Positions 60,390-64,000 of a stretch of 64,000 nt of DNA are shown in pieces (position 1 is the stretch's first letter; every line of letters begins with the position of its first letter). The notes below the pieces were generated by a model. The model was not told where the DNA came from. It made no database searches and saw only the letters and a program-made list of their open reading frames with translations. The translations under genes were made by a program, and so were the position numbers. The stretch covers positions 8,039 through 72,038 of the forward strand of contig JBBDRZ010000006.1 in the NCBI GenBank assembly GCA_040905185.1, given 5' to 3'. Origin of the DNA: Chloroflexota bacterium (GTDB lineage: Bacteria > Chloroflexota > Limnocylindria > QHBO01).

Positions 60390-61169
60390 CTAGTTGGCGT
60401 GGTACTCAAAACGGCCCATGGGGGCCAGTGACGCGTCGCCCAGCATGTGTGCTTCGCGTTGGAGCAGCGACAGCTCGGCGCGAAGGCGGGCTGCGGCGTC
60501 GGGCGCCTCCAGCAGCCGCTGCTTGCGCGACAGCTCGACCTGGAGCACGCCGGCCACGGCGTAGCTGGCGGCCAGCGGGTCGGTGGGGAGGCGCATGGGC
60601 TTGATCAGGCGCTCCATGCGGGTCGATCGCTTGACCTCCCCGGCCGAGGAAGCGTCGCGGTCTGCATCCGGATCCGCGTCGGGATCCGCGTCCGCCAGGA
60701 GGTCCTCCAGGTCGGCCGCGTCGCGCTCGGCCAGGAAGCGGCGGATGGTGGACAGGTAGGCGTCGAGGGCGACCTGGACGTCGGGCACCAATCCTTCCGC
60801 TTCATCGCCCGGCCGCTCGTCGAGCGGCGTGACGTCCGCCACGGCGTATAGGCCGGTGTGGTCGACGCTTCGGATGCGCGCTCGGCCGACACCGACCGCC
60901 ATCAGGGCGTAGCGCCCATCGGCGAAGCGGTCCGCGCGCCGGACCTCGCAGATGGTGCCCACTCGGCGGACGGTGAGCTGGCCGGTCCCCGGCTTGGCGG
61001 CCACCTCACGCCCGGCGGAGATCATGGTCACCACGAACTTGCCGCCGTACGGGTTGCCCTCCTCCAGCAGGTCACGGGTCATGGCCCGGTAGCGGCGCTC
61101 GAAGACGTGGAGCGGCAGCGGCAGGTGCGGGAAGGCCACGACGTGGAGCGGGAAGAGGGGCAGCCGCAT
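60390..61169 (-). CDS. LON peptidase substrate-binding (LON N-terminal) domain protein
   Basis: The canonical start MRLPLFPLHVVAFPHLPLPLHVFERRYR. Contains a DADPDADPDADRDA acidic repeat. Confidence 0.8.
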   Translation of the reverse strand: MRLPLFPLHVVAFPHLPLPLHVFERRYRAMTRDLLEEGNPYGGKFVVTMISAGREVAAKPGTGQLTVRRVGTICEVRRADRFADGRYALMAVGVGRARIRSVDHTGLYAVADVTPLDERPGDEAEGLVPDVQVALDAYLSTIRRFLAERDAADLEDLLADADPDADPDADRDASSAGEVKRSTRMERLIKPMRLPTDPLAASYAVAGVLQVELSRKQRLLEAPDAAARLRAELSLLQREAHMLGDASLAPMGRFEYHAN

Positions 61170-61203
61170 GGGCTGCCATCGTACCCCGAAGGGGCTGATA
61201 GGC

Positions 61204-62718
61204 CTATTCCTGGTCCACGAACTCCATGTCGATCTGGGCCCGCTGGAGCTTGCCGGAGTAGTCGATGTACACGCTCTTCCATTCGGCGTAGAAGTCGAGC
61301 GCGGCCTGCCCCACCTCGCGGTGGCCGTTGCCGGTGGCCTTGGTGCCGCCGAACGGGAGGTGCGCCTCCGCCCCGATGGTGCCGTGGTTCACGTAGCCCA
61401 GGCCGGAGTCGAAGTCGCGGATGGAGCGGAACGCCAGGTTGACGTCTCTTGTGAAGAGCGAGGTCGATAGCCCGTACTGGACCGAGTTCACGGTCTCGAC
61501 CGCCTCCTCCCAGGTGTCGACCGGGATCACCGCCGTCACCGGGCCGAAGATCTCCTCCTGGGCAATCCGCGCATCGCCCTTCACCTCTGCGAACACGGTG
61601 GGCTCGAAGAACGAGCCCTTGGCCAGCTCCCCGTCGCGGGCTGGATGGCCGCCGATGACCAGGTCGGCCTCTTTCTGACCGATCTCGACGTATGAACCGA
61701 TGCGTTCCAGCGCCTTCTCGTTGATGACCGGCCCCACGTCGGTCGTCTCCAACAACCCGTCGCCAAGGACGAGCGACGCCACCCGGTTGCGCAGCTTCTC
61801 GACGAAGGCGTCATGGACAGACCGATGGACGATGATCCGCGAAGCCGCGGTGCAGCGCTGGCCGCTGGTCCCGAAGGCGGACCAGATAACGCTGTCCAGG
61901 GCCAGGTCGAGGTCGGCATCGGACCAGATGACGATGGGGTTCTTGCCCCCCAGCTCCAGGCTGACGCGTTTGAGCGTCTTCGCCGCTCGGGTCGAGATGT
62001 CCACCCCCGTTTCTGTGTGACCGGTGAAGCTGATCAGCCTGACGTCTCGGTGCTCGACCAGCGGATGACCGACATCGGTCCCCGAACCGGTGACCACGTT
62101 GACCACCCCTTCTGGAAGGCCTCCTTCGAGCAGCAGCTCGACGAATCGGACCATGCACGCAGGCGTGTCCGACGCCGGCTTGAGGACGGCGGTGTTGCCG
62201 CAGATCAGGGCCGGGAACAGCTTCCAGGCGGGAATGGCGATCGGGAAGTTCCAGGGGGTGATGATGGCGGCCACCCCGATCGGTTTGCGGATTGCCATGG
62301 CGAACTTGTCGGGCATCTCGGACGGCACCGTGTAGCCGAACAGGCGCCGCCCCTCGCCGGCCATGTAGTACGCGACGTCGATGGCCTCCTGGACGTCGCC
62401 GCGGGCCTCGGGCAGGACCTTGCCCATCTCGCGGGTCAGGAGGCGCGACAGCTCCTCCTTGTGCTCGGCCAGGATGCGCCCCACCTTGAACAGGATCTCG
62501 CCCCGCTTGGGGGCGGGCATCATCGACCAGGCGGGGTATGCCGCCTTGGCGGCGGCCACGGCGGCGTCAACATCGGCCGCCCCGCTGGCCGGAAACTCAC
62601 CGATGATGTCGTCCCGGTTGGCCGGGCTGGTCGAGGTAAACCTCTTGCCCGAGCGAGCCTCCACCCACCCCCCACCGATGAGGTTGCGATCGGCCCTGTT
62701 CATAGTCGTCATGGACAC
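61204..62718 (-). CDS. aldehyde dehydrogenase family protein
   Basis: ALDH motifs (ITPWNFP, FTGHTETG, ELGGKNP, catalytic Cys in GQRCTAASR). Confidence 0.9.
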   Translation of the reverse strand: MSMTTMNRADRNLIGGGWVEARSGKRFTSTSPANRDDIIGEFPASGAADVDAAVAAAKAAYPAWSMMPAPKRGEILFKVGRILAEHKEELSRLLTREMGKVLPEARGDVQEAIDVAYYMAGEGRRLFGYTVPSEMPDKFAMAIRKPIGVAAIITPWNFPIAIPAWKLFPALICGNTAVLKPASDTPACMVRFVELLLEGGLPEGVVNVVTGSGTDVGHPLVEHRDVRLISFTGHTETGVDISTRAAKTLKRVSLELGGKNPIVIWSDADLDLALDSVIWSAFGTSGQRCTAASRIIVHRSVHDAFVEKLRNRVASLVLGDGLLETTDVGPVINEKALERIGSYVEIGQKEADLVIGGHPARDGELAKGSFFEPTVFAEVKGDARIAQEEIFGPVTAVIPVDTWEEAVETVNSVQYGLSTSLFTRDVNLAFRSIRDFDSGLGYVNHGTIGAEAHLPFGGTKATGNGHREVGQAALDFYAEWKSVYIDYSGKLQRAQIDMEFVDQE

Positions 62719-62766
62719 TCGTCTGCGCGGATATTCGGAACGTCCATTGTAGGATCAGCCAGAGCC

Positions 62767-64000
62767 ATGACCACGACCGAAGCCACTCCTCCGGCCGAAG
62801 CCCTCGTCCAGGCGCGCACGGCTGGGGCCGAGCACCGCTGGCATGACGCGCTGGAGCTGTTCATCGCCGCCGACGCGGCGAACATGCTGACGCCTGGAGA
62901 CCTCGATCTGCTCGGCGATGCCGCCTGGTGGACCGGGGACATGACCGCCGCGATCGCCGCCCAGGAAAGGGCGTACGCGGGCCACACTGCCGCCGGCGAT
63001 CCTGCGCGCGCCGCACGGACGGCACTGCAGCTGGCGACCGAGTACAGCCATCGGCTCGAGCCTGCGGTCGCCTCTGGCTGGGTGAGCCGCGCGCAACGCC
63101 TGTTGGAGGGGACGCCGGAAGCGCACGCCCACGGGCTGCTGGAGCGGGGGCGGCGGAACGCCGCGTTGAATCGTGGCGACCTCGAGGAGGCATTGGAGCA
63201 CGCCAACCGGGTCTTCGAGATCGGGACTCGACTCGCGGACCACGACCTCATCGGGCTGGGGATGGAGGACAAGGGGACGGTCCTCATCCAGCTGGGCCGG
63301 GTGGAGGAAGGGATGGCGCTGCTGGAGGAGGCCATGGTGGCCGCCATCGGCAACGAACTTTCGCCGCGGGCTGCAGCCATTGTCTACTGCAACGCGACCA
63401 TTGCCTGCGAAGACGTCGCGGACTACCGCCGCGCGGCGGACTTCTCCGAGGCCGCCAAGCGCTGGTGTGAGCGCCAGCAGATCGCCGGCTTCCCCGGCAT
63501 GTGCCGGGTCCGTCGGGCCGAAATCACTCGCCTCAGCGGTGCGTGGGAGGAGGCCGAGTCCGAGGCACGGCTAGCTTGTGATGAGCTGAAAGACTTCTCG
63601 CTCGCCTACGCGGGCGAAGGGTTCTACCAGATCGGGGAAATCCGCCTCCGACTGGGTGACTTCGGAGCGGCGGAGAGCGCCTTCGCCGAGGCCCACGAGT
63701 TAGGCCGCGACCCGCAGCCGGGCTTGGCCATGCTGCGCCTGAACCAGGGCCAGACCGATGCCGCCCGCAGCCTCCTGCGCGGGGCTCTCGACGACAGCAC
63801 CGCGACCCCACTCGACCGGGCGCGACTCTTGCCCGCGCTGGTGGAGGTGGCCGCCGCAACCGGCGATCTCGAGCAGGCCCGGGAAGCCGCGGACGAGATG
63901 AACCGCCTGGCCGAGACGTACGGCACCCACGCCCTGCGCGCCGCCGCTGCTGGCGCTGTCGGCCAGGCCGCCCTGCTGGAAGGTGCCTTCGACGCCGCTG
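62767..64000 (+). CDS. TPR/helical-repeat regulatory protein, 5' part (continues beyond window end)
   Basis: ATG at ~62767. Ala/Leu-rich repeated helical hairpins, as in the TPR modules of LuxR/SARP-type (BTAD-like) large regulators. No stop before the window end. Confidence 0.45.
   Translation, partial: MTTTEATPPAEALVQARTAGAEHRWHDALELFIAADAANMLTPGDLDLLGDAAWWTGDMTAAIAAQERAYAGHTAAGDPARAARTALQLATEYSHRLEPAVASGWVSRAQRLLEGTPEAHAHGLLERGRRNAALNRGDLEEALEHANRVFEIGTRLADHDLIGLGMEDKGTVLIQLGRVEEGMALLEEAMVAAIGNELSPRAAAIVYCNATIACEDVADYRRAADFSEAAKRWCERQQIAGFPGMCRVRRAEITRLSGAWEEAESEARLACDELKDFSLAYAGEGFYQIGEIRLRLGDFGAAESAFAEAHELGRDPQPGLAMLRLNQGQTDAARSLLRGALDDSTATPLDRARLLPALVEVAAATGDLEQAREAADEMNRLAETYGTHALRAAAAGAVGQAALLEGAFDAA

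Overview
This is a high-GC (~70%), densely coded window of bacterial chromosome, probably from an actinobacterium or a similar Gram-positive-type organism. The evidence is TTG/GTG start codons, 4-nt ATGA overlaps, GAAC-N4-GTTC (Cheo-type) LexA boxes, sortase-substrate proteins, and GlgE, UPF0182 and GuaB3 homologues. I found no rRNA, no confident tRNA, no CRISPR array and no transposase or IS element.

Gene content (all assignments are from motifs I recognise in the supplied translations; no database search was run):
- A long minus-strand gene train: guaB3-like, SRPBCC, guaA, UPF0182, membrane protein, MgtC, double-zinc-ribbon protein.
- A bifunctional GGDEF/HD-GYP c-di-GMP enzyme.
- dnaB, rplI and a DUF1232 gene divergent from lexA.
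- lexA and dinB, each with a Cheo-type SOS box.
- fchA-like and folD one-carbon genes; histidine-utilisation genes hutH and hutU plus a glutamate formimidoyltransferase; argS.
- An NMT1-type ABC transporter.
- An ECF sigma / anti-sigma pair with a paralogous downstream exported protein.
- A kbl-tdh-FAH threonine catabolic operon.
- An amino-acid catabolic cluster: P5C dehydrogenase, class-III aminotransferase, CoA-transferase A/B.
- A BrnT/BrnA toxin-antitoxin module in a lower-GC islet.
- Two tandem paralogous sortase-anchored surface proteins (LPNTA / LPSTG), each with a conserved ~200-nt leader and a near-identical terminator hairpin.

The most unusual items are the surface-protein cassettes, an unrecognised repeated extracytoplasmic Cys domain shared by the anti-sigma factor and its paralog, an SOS-box promoter driving a small unknown ORF downstream of dinB, and double-zinc-ribbon membrane proteins flanking the c-di-GMP enzyme.

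Coordinates follow the supplied ORF track where possible. Motif positions I read by eye may be off by 1-2 nt.
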